Source: Phoronis australis (lineage: Eukaryota > Animalia > Phoronida). Taken from it: a stretch of DNA of 64,000 bases. Where the stretch lies: positions 24,231-88,230 of the forward strand of contig NMRA01000960.1 in NCBI GenBank assembly GCA_002633005.1, given 5' to 3'. The position numbers were made by a program, and so were the translations under genes. Shown one piece after another: positions 13,888 to 26,100 of this stretch (positions are counted from its first letter, which is position 1; each line of letters opens with the position of its first letter). The notes beneath the pieces are model-generated. The model ran no database searches, had not been told where the DNA came from, and worked only from the letters and a program-made list of their open reading frames with translations.

Positions 13888-15036
13888 CTACACCGGAGTG
13901 CTGTTATTTTTTATCACGTGCCCGTGGGAGTTTTGAGATGTTGATCGCATGAATGTCAGTGTTGTGCTGGACCGTCGTACAGGGTTATACGTGACGTTAT
14001 CAGTAACGGAATGGTTTGGCGAACAACACGTCTTCTTGCATGAGCAGCAGAACAAGTAGTTATCGAAATACTCACGAAATCGCTTGCTAAGAAAGTAAAG
14101 CGACAGCGGGTTCACACACGAATATATAAAGCTCAGGCAAAATGCGACAATTTTAGCAATGTCCCACGGAATATTAAAGTCGTCGCTACTGAAGTGATGA
14201 TTAATCCTTGTAATGTGATTCGGCAACCAACAGATGATGAAGATGATCACAAAGAAGAAGACTATCTTCGCCACCTTTTTCCTGGCTCTCATCTGCCGCG
14301 TGAAGTTGGCTACACTGGCGTTGGAGCAATCGCTGGGTATGTGCTCAGAGCTGGCAATAAGGACTTTTGCCATACAGAAATAAAACACTGCTATGATTCC
14401 CAATGGAACAGCGAAGTAGATGGAAAACTGGAATGCGACGATAAATTTTGCGTACCAGAATAGTTCCTCTTGACTAGGATAGGAATTGCAAAAATAGTCC
14501 ATTTCAGTGGAGTTTTCTGCCGTGGGCACTGCGACTTCATGGTACGTGACGGCGTCCGGAATGGCCAATACGGCGGCCGCTATCCATATGGCCAGGATGA
14601 CGACAATGGTTCGTCTAATAGGATTCTCTGCGTGTTTGGCCATTGGATTCACGATGGCGGAATACCTGTCGCCGCTCAACGCCGTAAGAGTGAATACAGA
14701 GACGCCTAGCGAGAAAGTACGCAAATATTCCACCAATTTACAAACAACGAGGCCAAAGGGCCAACTGAGTAGCGAAAAGTTTGTCGCTTTAAATGGTACA
14801 GAAATGAGGATGAGAATCAGGTCACCCGCTGCCAAACTGACAATGTAATAGTTAGGAGCGTTGCGCATGCACTTGTTTCTTATCACGGTAAAAATAAGGG
14901 CAATGTTCCCAATTGTCCCGACGAGAAACACAAGACCAAATATAATTGGTACAACCACGGCTGAAACAGATTGATACAACTCCGTAGTAGCATAGTTTTC
15001 TTCTTCAGTAGAATTTTCCAACGAGACTGTATCCAT
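13888..15036 (-). CDS. Class A neuropeptide GPCR, bombesin/GRP-receptor-like (CCHamide / excitatory peptide receptor clade), 382 aa, single coding exon
   Basis: Seven hydrophobic segments; GTIGN (TM1), MRNAPNYYIVSLAAGDL (TM2), WPFGLVVCK, SLGVSVFTLTALSGDRYSAIVNPM (TM3), YFAVPLGIIAVFY (TM5), ARKKVAKIV..FIICWLPNH (TM6), SCVNPLSLYFLSKRFR (TM7/H8). These motifs are characteristic of the bombesin/endothelin/CCHamide receptor group. N-glycosylation sequons at the N terminus. Confidence 0.93.
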   Translation of the reverse strand: MDTVSLENSTEEENYATTELYQSVSAVVVPIIFGLVFLVGTIGNIALIFTVIRNKCMRNAPNYYIVSLAAGDLILILISVPFKATNFSLLSWPFGLVVCKLVEYLRTFSLGVSVFTLTALSGDRYSAIVNPMAKHAENPIRRTIVVILAIWIAAAVLAIPDAVTYHEVAVPTAENSTEMDYFCNSYPSQEELFWYAKFIVAFQFSIYFAVPLGIIAVFYFCMAKVLIASSEHIPSDCSNASVANFTRQMRARKKVAKIVFFFVIIFIICWLPNHITRINHHFSSDDFNIPWDIAKIVAFCLSFIYSCVNPLSLYFLSKRFREYFDNYLFCCSCKKTCCSPNHSVTDNVTYNPVRRSSTTLTFMRSTSQNSHGHVIKNNSTPV

Positions 15037-15168
15037 TCTGTTTATTGTGTCTCCTCGTTCAGTAGAATAAATCCGAATTCATCATATCACTTTTTATCGT
15101 AATTTGGACGTTTACTGAGTGATATGCTGTGAGTTGAGATATCGCAAAAAACGCTTCTAATGTACATC

Positions 15169-15190
15169 CTGAAATGAATCAAAAGAGAGT
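15169..15190 (-). promoter_or_regulatory. Candidate splice acceptor for the GPCR coding exon (5'UTR intron)
   Basis: Minus strand reads CTCTCTTTTGATTCATTTCAG|G, a pyrimidine tract plus CAG, 132 nt upstream of the ATG. Confidence 0.55.
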
Positions 15191-15651
15191 TCCATTAAAA
15201 CTACTCGTGAAGTGAGGGTTTAAGAACAAAGATTACAGCCCAATTTGGCTATTCAACTTTCTCTTTAGAAACGCCAGGAGGTCTTATACAATTTTTAACA
15301 GGTGAAACAGGGACATTTTATGAACCAGGCATGGTCTCAACTAAGAACAGTCGATTCATTCCAAGCTCACAAATCCCTTCATATCTAAGCAAGTGATAAG
15401 TAATTGATCTATATCTAGAGTTAGTTTATTTACAGAAGAACAGAATGCAAATTGATACGACTTTAAAATAATCTTTCCTAGCTTTTGGCTGTACGTCTAG
15501 GCTCGTTTCTGCAAGCAACAGTTTCTTGTATTATGACTCGGTTTTTGTATCGAAATAACATGCAGGGGAAATGCACGAGTGAATGAACAGATAAAATACT
15601 AAAAGCTCTTCTACGTAGTTCACAGCATTTGTTGAGTGGCATGTCATTTAA

Positions 15652-16080
15652 AGCGGGTACAAACCAGCCTTCCGTCACAAAAAACAACTCTTGGTTTAAG
15701 CCACTTACCATTCGGAAATTGCTCTCAAAATTTTCCTTAGTTAAACTAGACGTAGTTTCTGGGTTGGAAAGAACTGATAGTTCGCAACTGATTGAGACCA
15801 GGCTTCACAAGTGGACTTATCAAGGCGTACCATTTTCTTCGTCGAGCACGATCTTGAGCAATAATACACTGTCATTTCTTTGCAAGACCAAAAAAAAGTC
15901 ACTTCTCATCTGCATATGGACCAAATTGAGACCAATTTTATTGTGGTAAGTGGTCTTTTCCACAGAACGCGGGTTAATTGCCTCTGTGAGTAAACCCGCC
16001 TTCTTGAAATGGATCACTTCTTTTGTAAACTTTGTCTCAACTAGACCATTACTCAGATATCGCATATGCGTGTTTTTATG
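15652..16080 (+). mobile_element. Kolobok-type transposon end fragment (paralog of 21629-22060)
   Basis: TTAA|AGCGGGTACAAAC occurs here and at 21625-21641, with continuing similarity (AAAACAACT..TTAGTT.AACT.GA). Right boundary approximate. Confidence 0.5.
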
Positions 16081-17128
16081 CCCATGTCCTTGTATAGGAA
16101 ATAATGCGTTTTCAACATTTGCTACGTACTGAGAATTCCGCACAATATTGACCCACTCCCGAGGATAGTCTCACTGGCATATTGTTGGAGTCAAATTAAT
16201 TTTTTTTTGTATTTTTCCCTAAAATGAGTAGTGTCAGCACGTACCTAACAAAAACATGGATTTAAGAGAAAGTGGGCATAGTTTATTTCAGCAAATTTTT
16301 GGCTGATCTACAAATTAAACTTAAGTGGCTAATCTACAAATTAAACTAGCGATGCAGTCGACAATAATAAGATCTCTTAACTACAGACATTGGTCCTCAT
16401 TTCATGTTTACGTAGCTGGCACATTTTTCGTCCATAAACCCCTGGTTCCGATAGTACACCTGGTTATATTTGAAGTTCCACAAAGGTAATCATCTGGCGA
16501 CTCTTTTCAAGCTCAGAAGTCACCTTTAATCAGACCGTCATTTGAAGTTATCTTTTTAATTTCAAAAATGAGTATTTTAGTGTGTTATTTTTTGTATTAG
16601 TATTATATGATGTACTGTCAAAATACGTTTGCAATAGTGTATTAATTTGATTCTTAGTAGGTGACAAGCACTCCAATTCAAGTATACATTTTTGAAATTC
16701 TCAGAAACTGCATTCACATTAACTCACAATAAACAGTGTTTTCCAAATAAAGTTCCGTAACATGTCATTGAACTTCAAATAATTAGTCTCTTGAATCAAA
16801 CAGAGTTTGATTGACAAATGAACTTCGACTGGCAAATCTAATTGCGACACACTTGATTGATTAATAGACGAGGGTGAACACCCGAACACTCGCTTATAGC
16901 CTCGATAGAAGAGCGAATCTAAGTGAAGAACCAGGTTTTATTTCTTAATGAAAAGTGACCTGTTGTCCGTCGAAGAAACTTTAGAAGGCTTCAATGCAAT
17001 TGGCATATCCTTGCTAGTTAGTGATGGAGTAGATGCGTGTATTGCTTGGCCAAGAGACATGTTCTGGGGATAACCTCGATAGTGATAATGATAATAATGA
17101 GGACTGGTGATGGCAAAAAAATTATATG

Positions 17129-17212
17129 TATACATATACATATACATACACATACATACATACATACATACATGCATACATACATACATACATACATACA
17201 TACATACATACA
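17129..17212. repeat. (TACA)n microsatellite
   Basis: Read directly. Confidence 0.95.
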
Positions 17213-17416
17213 AGGGCCGCTTCAATAAGGACCACCATACAACACAATAGTTTACAACATAAAACATAAAACAAGTAAAGAATACAAAAACGAGGCAGTC
17301 ATTAGTTTCTATGACACTTCATTATAAGACTGGCAAAAGAAATCAATGGTGTAAATACTTCAATAAATAAACAAACATAAATAAACCTTACACCTTACTA
17401 AAATAAATATAGGGTG

Positions 17417-17420
<4 letters not shown>

Positions 17421-17467
<47 letters not shown>
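17421..17467. repeat. (AT)n microsatellite
   Basis: Read directly. Confidence 0.95.
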
Positions 17468-17468
<1 letters not shown>

Positions 17469-17469
17469 G

Positions 17470-18442
17470 CAGATTACGACGTGGTAAGCAGAACTTGCGC
17501 AAACGCCCTCGCACAACTTTGGTTCGACGGAGATTGTCCAGGAACTCATGAGTATCTGCCGCAGCAGGTGCGGCTGTCACCACGGCCGGTCAGCACGGAA
17601 TTGCAGACTCACCAGCGTGACTTCATTTAGAGGACCACAGAGAAGAGCTATCAGCTGTTGCAGCCTTCAGCAAAGAGTGTAGAAATTAGCCCGAAGGCGC
17701 CACCGAAGCGATGTGTCGCCAAATGTTCTGGGATCTAGGTAGGAATGATGCCTTGAGAACAGGCACTGACGGCTCCTTCTGTCGGGATACCAACCGAGCT
17801 GGATGGGGATACATGATCCGCCAGAATGACCTGACACTTGCAGAAGGATGTGGTTGCCATGCCGTCTACACGAGCAGCACACGTATGGAATTCGAGGTTA
17901 TCTAACAAGCCCTCCTGTGCCTCTCTGAACTGCGCCCTGATGCGACGACAATCATCTTCGCCACTGACTCGATGGCTGTGCTGACAAGGATCCGCTCTGG
18001 TCTGCTCCAAACCAACAGGCTTATCTTCCGGGACCACTGCCCACTCTAACGTGTTTTTGGACCTATATTCCGGGCCATGCCGGTGTTGTTGTTAAGGAAC
18101 AAGCTGACTAACTCGCCAGCCACGCTGTGATACCAGTGCCACTGAAGCTTTATACACCTGACGTTAAGCTGCTTGGTCACCACAATATTGTACTCCGCAC
18201 AAAAGAACAGCTGGGGGAATACAGCGTGGGCCTTCGCCTTCTGCGACTGGAGGTTCCCTTTGGCCAGTCAGATTCCACCCACCGGAAAGGTCCTCTGAGA
18301 AGACTCCACAATCAGCTCACTACGGGAAACATCACCCGCAATATCCTTCAGCTAATTTTCAGTGGGTGTACCTATGGGGAGACGATTTATGCCCAACATC
18401 TTCTGTGAACCCACTCGCAGAAGGTAATTCAGGAAATTCAGA
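17470..18442 (+). mobile_element. 5'-truncated, decayed non-LTR retrotransposon with RNase H domain
   Basis: Across frameshifts: TDGSFCRDTNRAGWGYMI, YTSSTRMEFEVI, IFATDSMAVL, WTYIPGHAGVVVKEQAD*LA, matching the four RNase HI motifs (D, E, D, H..D); ends in a short AATTCAG repeat. Confidence 0.8.
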
Positions 18443-19874
18443 TAAGCTGATTGATTGTACATAAGAAGTAACTACATTTGTATGAGTGTGTGTGAGCGTG
18501 CGTCTATGTGTGAAAAAATAGTATTGTTTCTGTGTATGATAGCGTAATTTGTGTATGGTTATTCACGGCAGACAAGTTGCAGGAGATATGATATTCTGAA
18601 GTTAGCCAAATCTGGACATTTTCTAGGATGGTACATAACTTGAACTAGATGGAAATCCGAAGCATCGGGAGGCACGCCATATGCAGCGATAATTTAGGCT
18701 TCCGCACACGATGCCCACTGAGCGGGAGCCGAGTTTTCATAATGTGGGAGGGCTTGCGTTTGGCAACGAGATATACATTGTGAGGTTAACTGCCGACCGC
18801 GAAACCTCTTCAAGAATATTTTTAAACAATTCCTGACGAAAGCACTATCTCGCAACGTATGCTACTGTGAGGGAATTTTTGTACTACGCGCGAAGGAAAA
18901 ACTCTGTAGTCACCACAGAGTTTCTAATCTCCCTCCCACCTATGATAAATGCGCACATGCGCTCACAGTCATTCGACAAACAGCTGACTGACAATATTGA
19001 TATTAACGTCAGATTATCACGTGTGATTGCACTCCGGATCTGAGGTCGACACTATGTCAATATGAGGTAAGCCAGTGAAGCTACCAATTTCCCAAAAAGA
19101 ATTCCACTACGACCCCTTTGTAACTAATTTTAAACAGGTAGGACTCGCATCAATTGTCTCTTAATTGGAGTGGCTTCTGCTTTAAGTCGCCTTTGTTTTG
19201 TTTACAAGGGTCAGAGGTCAAATTTTCCACATGAGGGAATGTGCTCTTTTTATGTCTTGCCATACCAAATATGGATACGTAATTTGCTTTGTGGGAGAGA
19301 AATCGACGAAATGGCAAGCAATTGAAAGGTCGTTTCTTGAAATTTGAAACTATAAGAAAAATGCTTTGTCATCAACAGAAATTCAAAATTTTTACGAACA
19401 CACCATAGAATGCCTGGTGAACAGGTTGAATTCTGTTCCAATGGCACGGAATCACTCTGAATAAAGCAATTAAGTCTGTTTTTTGCGTTCCAGGCCTCTT
19501 TAAGAACTAGCGAAATTATGTTGACAGTCAAATGAGTGGGGGATAAAAAATCCAAAACATCCCCAAAGGAATTAATGGGGATTTATGCGAACCAAACTAA
19601 ATTTAAATCCCCAAAACATTATCGTAGTCAAAACAACATTGGCTTGAAAGGTAACTCAATGAAAGTAAAAGAAATGAAACCACGCGTTGTTATTGTACAC
19701 AACAGAGTCTTTCGTCCCCATGTGACATCATGAATTCTTGCTTTATGCTTTCTAGCCCGTTCTCAGCTCGCGACATAAGAAGGCTTTATACCACAATATT
19801 AGCCTCGAATGGCCAATACAACCGTGTCATAACTCATTCAGCTATCTCACTAGTGAGATAACGTTTTGGCGTAA

Positions 19875-19947
19875 ACCGAGACCGGTTTCGAACCCGGACC
19901 GCAAGAGTTTCGGGTCGTCGACTTTACTGCTGCACCACTCAGCGGCT
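19875..19947 (-). mobile_element. tRNA-like SINE head or tRNA pseudogene
   Basis: Minus strand GCCGCTGAGTGGTGCAGCAGTAAAG...CCGGGTTCGAAACCGG carries A/B-box-like motifs; no convincing cloverleaf. Confidence 0.45.
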
Positions 19948-20484
19948 GACGTCACCGAATGTGAAAATAGAATACTTAAATGAGCACGCGCAACAGTCGC
20001 TGTTCAACAAAGGGCATTGTAACGACATTTATACGCTATGAAAAATAAGACGCACAACTTCCATAAAAACGAGATTTTAATTCAGTGAAATTTTTCTTTC
20101 ATGTTCTCTCAGTTGTAAATCACCGATCTCCAATTTGAATGCGGATATCGTGTCGGCGGGATCCTTTGACTTGAGCATTATACTCAGTTACCAGTGGTAA
20201 CCTACTTTAGCAGACGACATTTTCCCGGTCGAAGCTTAGCGTGATAAAATGTGTAGTAAGCTATAATATTTGCAAAATTTATAGATTCACTTTATTTCTA
20301 TTTTGTTTAAATTTTCAATTGGTTTTGAGTAAAACCATTATTTGACAAAAATAGCTCGGCTTTTCTTAAAACGTCATGATCTCCGACCCCGGGCCTCTGA
20401 CATAGAAAGTAGTTACAGAGCCGAAGCGAGTCGAGAAAGGTAGCTTGATTCATTGCAATGTTTCTCGTTCAGGATGTGGTATAA

Positions 20485-20638
20485 ATAGATTATTACATGT
20501 TCTCAGTCGTTATCCCCCTTATCTAGAGCCCTCGTGGATTGGAGAATCATCGGCTCACGCCCCTCGGGCGATAATTCTCCAAAATCCACTCGGGCTCTAG
20601 AATACGGGGGATAACGACTTCGCCATGTAATAGTCTAT
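20485..20638. repeat. 154-bp palindromic element (hairpin MITE, Crypton-like ends)
   Basis: ATAGATTATTACATG..AGTCGTTATCCCCC..TCTAGAGCCC..GTGGATT.GAGAAT mirrors ATTCTCC..AATCCAC.CGGGCTCTAGA..GGGGGATAACGACT..CATGTAATAGTCTAT. Confidence 0.75.
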
Positions 20639-21628
20639 ATGTATCTCATAAATATATAGTTTAAAAGGTATACCAATGTCTCTCAAATTAACTGTTGTTT
20701 TATTGAACGGAGCTTCATTAAGCACGTCTTAGTGATGATATACTGTTGTACTGTGTGTCTGCGTACAGTTATCGATGGAATTTTATCACCTAAACTTGTA
20801 ATCAATTATACGCTATATTATTGTTCTAATCGTCTAAAACGCAGACGTTTTTAATGAATGTCTGTGGTTGTATTATTGTTTTAACGGATTATACAGCCAA
20901 GATCAAGGGACAAGACCATTGCCAGTGCTTGTCGGGTGAATACCCCTTGAAGTGGATTCCCATTTTTGTGTTGTTTATTCCATTGTTAGACGGTTCTAGG
21001 GCTAGCCTAGTTTGTGTAGACTCGTTTAGAAAATAAGAAGTAAATGAATTTTCGTATGTTCCGTTATGTATTGTGGGAATTGGAAAAAAGACGGTTGTAT
21101 TTAACAACTTCTCCTCACTCTTCAGTCGAGTTCTACTGAGACAAGTTCCATCAAGTCCAAAATTAGCGGCACAGAAAAATATTTATCCGTATCGTCAGTA
21201 AGCAATTCGAAATCCATGCTATCTCGCTAGTTACCATCGTACGAGTTAGCAGACGCTGATTACCATAAACCCGTGAACGCGCACGAAACCGAGATACGCT
21301 ATCTCGATGTCGATCTTGCAAAGACATAGCAGAAAATGTCTTATAACTAGGAACTCTTCTTTTGCTCATCTTACATGGAATCACCACGACTTAGACGGGC
21401 GTGTCAGCTTTCGAACGAAACTTACGTTGCCTCCGTATTTTATGGCGTTCGAAGGACTCTCCAGATATAGATATCGATACAATCATATTTTGGCCCCAGA
21501 ATTGACTTCAGAAGTGATTTGAAACTTCTGAAGTTTTCATTTTGACACGAGCATTTACCGGTTAATTAAGCGCAAACTAAAAATAGACACTATTCTGAAC
21601 ACGGCCAATTTAGAGCTAGAATATTTAA

Positions 21629-22060
21629 AGCGGGTACAAACACGATTTCTATAACAAAACAACTTTTGATTCACACTAACAGTTGTAAATTAATCTCAGA
21701 TTATTCATTAGTTGAACTGGAGGTGATTCCAGGGCCTCAAAAAAAAAAAAAAAAAAAAAAAAAAACTTGACAGTTTGTCATGGCTTGAGACAAGGCTCTA
21801 CAAGTTGGCTTGTCACGGCGTGTCACTTAATGAACAGAACATCATCTCAAGCAATAGCGTTCAAAGGCCTGAAATCACTTCTCATGTCAGAAAGGACAAG
21901 ACGAGCCCAAATGTATAGCAGTAAATTGTCTAAATCAAAAGTTCTCTGGTTAGATGGAACACTGGTTTATAGCTGCTTCAAATGTTTTTTGAAATTTGGA
22001 ATGTCTGAGGAAGTGTCAGATCACATTTTTCGAAAAATAAATGTCACATGACTACAGTAA
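21629..22060 (+). mobile_element. Kolobok-type transposon end fragment with internal poly(A)
   Basis: TTAA|AGCGGGTACAAAC start shared with 15652; poly(A) at about 21738-21765. Confidence 0.5.
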
Positions 22061-22690
22061 CGACCGGATATTATATTCATACACAATCTACCGAGTATCG
22101 TTTTCATGCTCTCAATATTTTCCCATAACCATCAAGGTTTTAAATTTGTATTGACACATGAAAGGACATTTGTGACCTTCGGTAGTGAAGACATGTCGTT
22201 ACCAAGGAGATACCGCGAGATTTCAAGAACAGGAGCGCGTGCCGAAAACACAAGACACTCGCAAGTAAAGCTAGTTGAACTGGAAAGAGTTTTCACACAA
22301 CATGCTCCTTGTTTTTTACGTCATGCTGTGTGATTCCTTCCAGTTTGACTTAGTTCGTAAGATGACGCATCATAGTTTGCTACTGAACCATTTTTTGGTT
22401 GTATAGTCACTGATAATTCTTGACTTAAATTCAGGGAAACGTTGGCGGGTGCATGTATTCATCTGTGTGTCGAAATGTGAATGTTGGTTCCCATGAAAGG
22501 TTTTGTCGTTTTATTTTTGTTCGCTTGTAATGCATGGCGATATCTCACGGTGGCTTGTGTGGTCTGGCTTTTATCACACACAACTTTGCCTAAGGAAAAC
22601 AGGCCGGATTCGCGTGTGGAATAACAATCGCGCCATTTCAGGAAAGTGAGTAGATTGATAGCGCCAGCTTACTTACAAGCTTTCCATTAA

Positions 22691-23194
22691 GGTTATGCAG
22701 GACCTTATCGACAAGTCTGTACATTTGGCCATATTTCTGGAAAACTTTAAATTTTAACTCGGTAAAAGAATAGTTTTATGAAAATACAAATTACGTGGAA
22801 TTTGATTTCTGACTTTAAACCAATCTGTCAGTAATTAGATCACGTGACCTCTCTTTTTAGGAAAACTTAGCAAAAAAGAAAGGTACACTCATGACCAAAA
22901 TTCGAAGATGCAAATGTTCAAGATAAAATGTCAAAAGCGTTGCTTCAGTTTTCTAATTTATCGTTTCGCTTTCGTTTTATGCAACTTGAAATTATTTTTT
23001 TAAAAAATCCGTAAGTTTTGCTTGATATCCTCTCATGCGAAAATGGAACTTTTTAAAAACAATCGCTAATAGCGTTTTAGAGAACAGCATATAAAGTATA
23101 GTATCTGAGACTTTCATGTGAATCCGGTCAGCTATTTCTGAGGTACGCTGTTCCAAAGTTGGCCAAAATTGTAATTTTAGGGTCCTACGTAACA
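22691..23194. mobile_element. TTAA-flanked non-autonomous element (Kolobok-type)
   Basis: TTAA|GGTTATGCAGGACC ... GGTCCTACGTAACA|TTAA; related right-end sequence at 40660-40810 and 18580-18643. Confidence 0.6.
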
Positions 23195-26100
23195 TTAACA
23201 CGGGAAGTAAGAAATTTATAACCATCTAAATTGAGATTTTTCAGTGAACCGACTGAATTATTGTTTCAAAGTAAATGCAAATGCAAATGGAAAATGGCCA
23301 CAAAACTACATCCGATGCCGACTGAAATTTTAAAATCATTCATAACCATTTTTTATTTTTGAGTATTAGTGTGGCATAAATTAGATGATCAGCACAGTCA
23401 GTATAATTGTTAAATGTCATATCTAGACTTGTAAGTAGAAATTAGAAGTGAATAATTATCGCCTACACGAATGCCTATGTTCAACTGGGTTTCTGACTAC
23501 AGAGTTTTGTGAATATTCTTCGTCTAAGTATTGACTAGATGACTTCACTCTATACAAATGAAACTCAAACTTACCCACCAAGGACTGCTGTCTTGACCAA
23601 GCTAGATGGCTTTAGTGCATTTAAGATCTCTTCAATTTGACGAGCGAATTAATAGCCAGCGCAATTGGCCGTTGGACCTCTTCAATGGCGATCACGTGAT
23701 TTCGAGATGCACGGAGGGGGTTGCTGCTGAGCTCTTGGGGCTTAACTCAAGCCTCGTTTGATCCACGCGGACACCTCACTCGAGGAACAACGGACAGGTT
23801 GGAGAGCATTCCTAACTTCATTGAACATGAACAATTACACTGATTTACACCGACAGTGAGAAGAGTGAAAAACCGTGTAGCAGATCTCTGTCGCTTGCGC
23901 TTAATAAGAAAGACGTTGATGTCTGGGGAATTCACGAGTGGCGTTTCATAAGTATTGAATTGATAGATTTTTCTCTGTTGGAGATTTGATCAACCAATGA
24001 AGAAATAGTCAATCTTCGACTTGGTTACGGTATGTCAAAATTAGATTTACAGAGAACATGCTTATCTTCCGGACAGATCTCAATTCCACTGGGATTCGGA
24101 TAATAGTCAGTCACAGGTTTTATAGAAGAGAGACGGCAAATAAAAACTGATGAATGACATGAATTAGTCAACTGTCTTTAAAGTTGAATGTTAATCGCTT
24201 ATGTTGTGATATTATTGCATTTAGTAGTTAAGGGCATTTCTCTGTAAACTTATCTTGAATGACCCCGCCCATAACACCGGTTTTTAGCGGCAATTTTTAC
24301 ACATCTTCTAAAACAGTTGACTACCCAGGGGTTATCAATCATTAAGAATTACACTAGAAATTGGATTTTTGGTGAAATCAATTTAAAGTAATAGCTACTA
24401 ATGAAACAAATAGTAACCACCGCGTGATTGATATTCGTGCTGCCAGACAACGGAATGTCGACACTGATTTCGGTACATTTGCATGACGAATACTGTAATC
24501 TACCAGACAGATCATCCGAGTATCAAAAATCAATTGATTTCATAAGGCATTCAGGGGCCTCGGTCTAATCTCCGGTCTCGAAATCGAACTCGAGAAATTA
24601 GTTCTGATATTTTCCGTTCTAAGTTTAATGCGGACTCCAGATCAGTATCTGTCATCCTGCATTCAAGCTTATTATGGTTTATGCAGATACGTTTCTAGCC
24701 CACGTTCGCACTTGATGACCCCTAGATTCGATTTATTTTTCACGAGTTGTATCACTGAGGGGGTGGAAACGATTCCACGGCTCGCCTCGAAATCTCAGTT
24801 CCGATCCCCTAAACTCCAGTTTCGGGCCACCAAACACCAAGCCCGCTGTATAAATTCCACACCTGTTCCCCTAATTTCCACCTAAGAACCGAAAATACTC
24901 CGTATCCTGTGATTAAACTCACGGGGACCAAAGCGCATCCCTTGCGCACAAGGCCCGCGACAGTGGCTGTACTGAGTTCAAACTGGAGCTATAAGGCGAC
25001 GAACTTGGTGACGGCCTGATAAAAAACTGTCCCACACTTGTCAATAATGCGGCCATGACAGCCCTATGGACCGACTGGGGTTCACTGATAGGTTCAACAA
25101 GAGGCCGGCCGGATTCACAGCCTCTTATTTGATTAAAAAAAATCCAATTTGAAGTATATGCGATGTTTGCTTGACTTATTGTACGAGGCTTTCAAGTTTC
25201 AGTTTGTTTGTTGTAACTTCAACATATTTCTGGACTCACAATACAGAATTACTCTCGACAGAGATAGTGTTATTGTTGACTTGTGGCCGTCAATGGGACA
25301 AATCATATCGAATTTCGTGCGCCTCAGCCTGAATCTCTCACTTGTAAGTTACCTAGCGCCACATATCGGGACGCCGCGACAGCTTACACAAAGTAATTAA
25401 GTTGACTGAGTGTGCATTTCCTCTTCCTATCCACAAACCATCTTTCAGTGCGAAATATTATTCCAATTGGTGCAGAATATCTTATACACTCGCACCAAAA
25501 TGTTTACAAACCATACACAATAACTGAATAAACACTTAAGCCGTATTAGTACAAAGCGGTATGAGCCTTTGAATACACAATCAGTTTCGCCAAAAAAAAA
25601 AAACGCTCTTCATAAGTAGGATCAATATCTTGAATCAGTTGATCAGAGTCATTAAACAGCAAAACCTATTTTTTAAATTTTATAAATTGTTTAGACACGC
25701 GACTCTCAAGTAGTGTTGCTCCATTAGTGGCAGTCTCTCATGCAAAAATCCTGAAAATATAACAAAAGCAACCACGCTATCTATTTTTGTAGATATTGTA
25801 AACTCTGGATAAGACTTGCTTCTTCCTCAAACAAAATCCTAATGGTGAAAACATTTTACTTCTAATTACTATATAATTAATGTCCTGAAACGCTAATTCC
25901 TCTCCACAGGTTCTTAGGAAGATAGAAGCTCATAATCTTAGAGGTTTAGCAACACGCATAGATTGTCTGCGACCGGTCTTGAAAAACAAACAGCAATCTG
26001 CAAAAAATATAAAAGTAGTTGTTCCTCCACTACGAGGAATTGGCCAAGTCTTCTTCATCGGGAACTGTGAACTTTATTCACGCGCTGTATTTTGACATAT

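Noticed and set aside
14194-14848. Plus-strand ORFs overlapping the GPCR
   Set aside because: Antisense shadows of the real CDS with no recognisable motifs.
16938-17583. ORFs rich in MYVC, HTYI or IY repeats (likewise the poly-Met ORF at 44884-45144)
   Set aside because: Translations of microsatellites.
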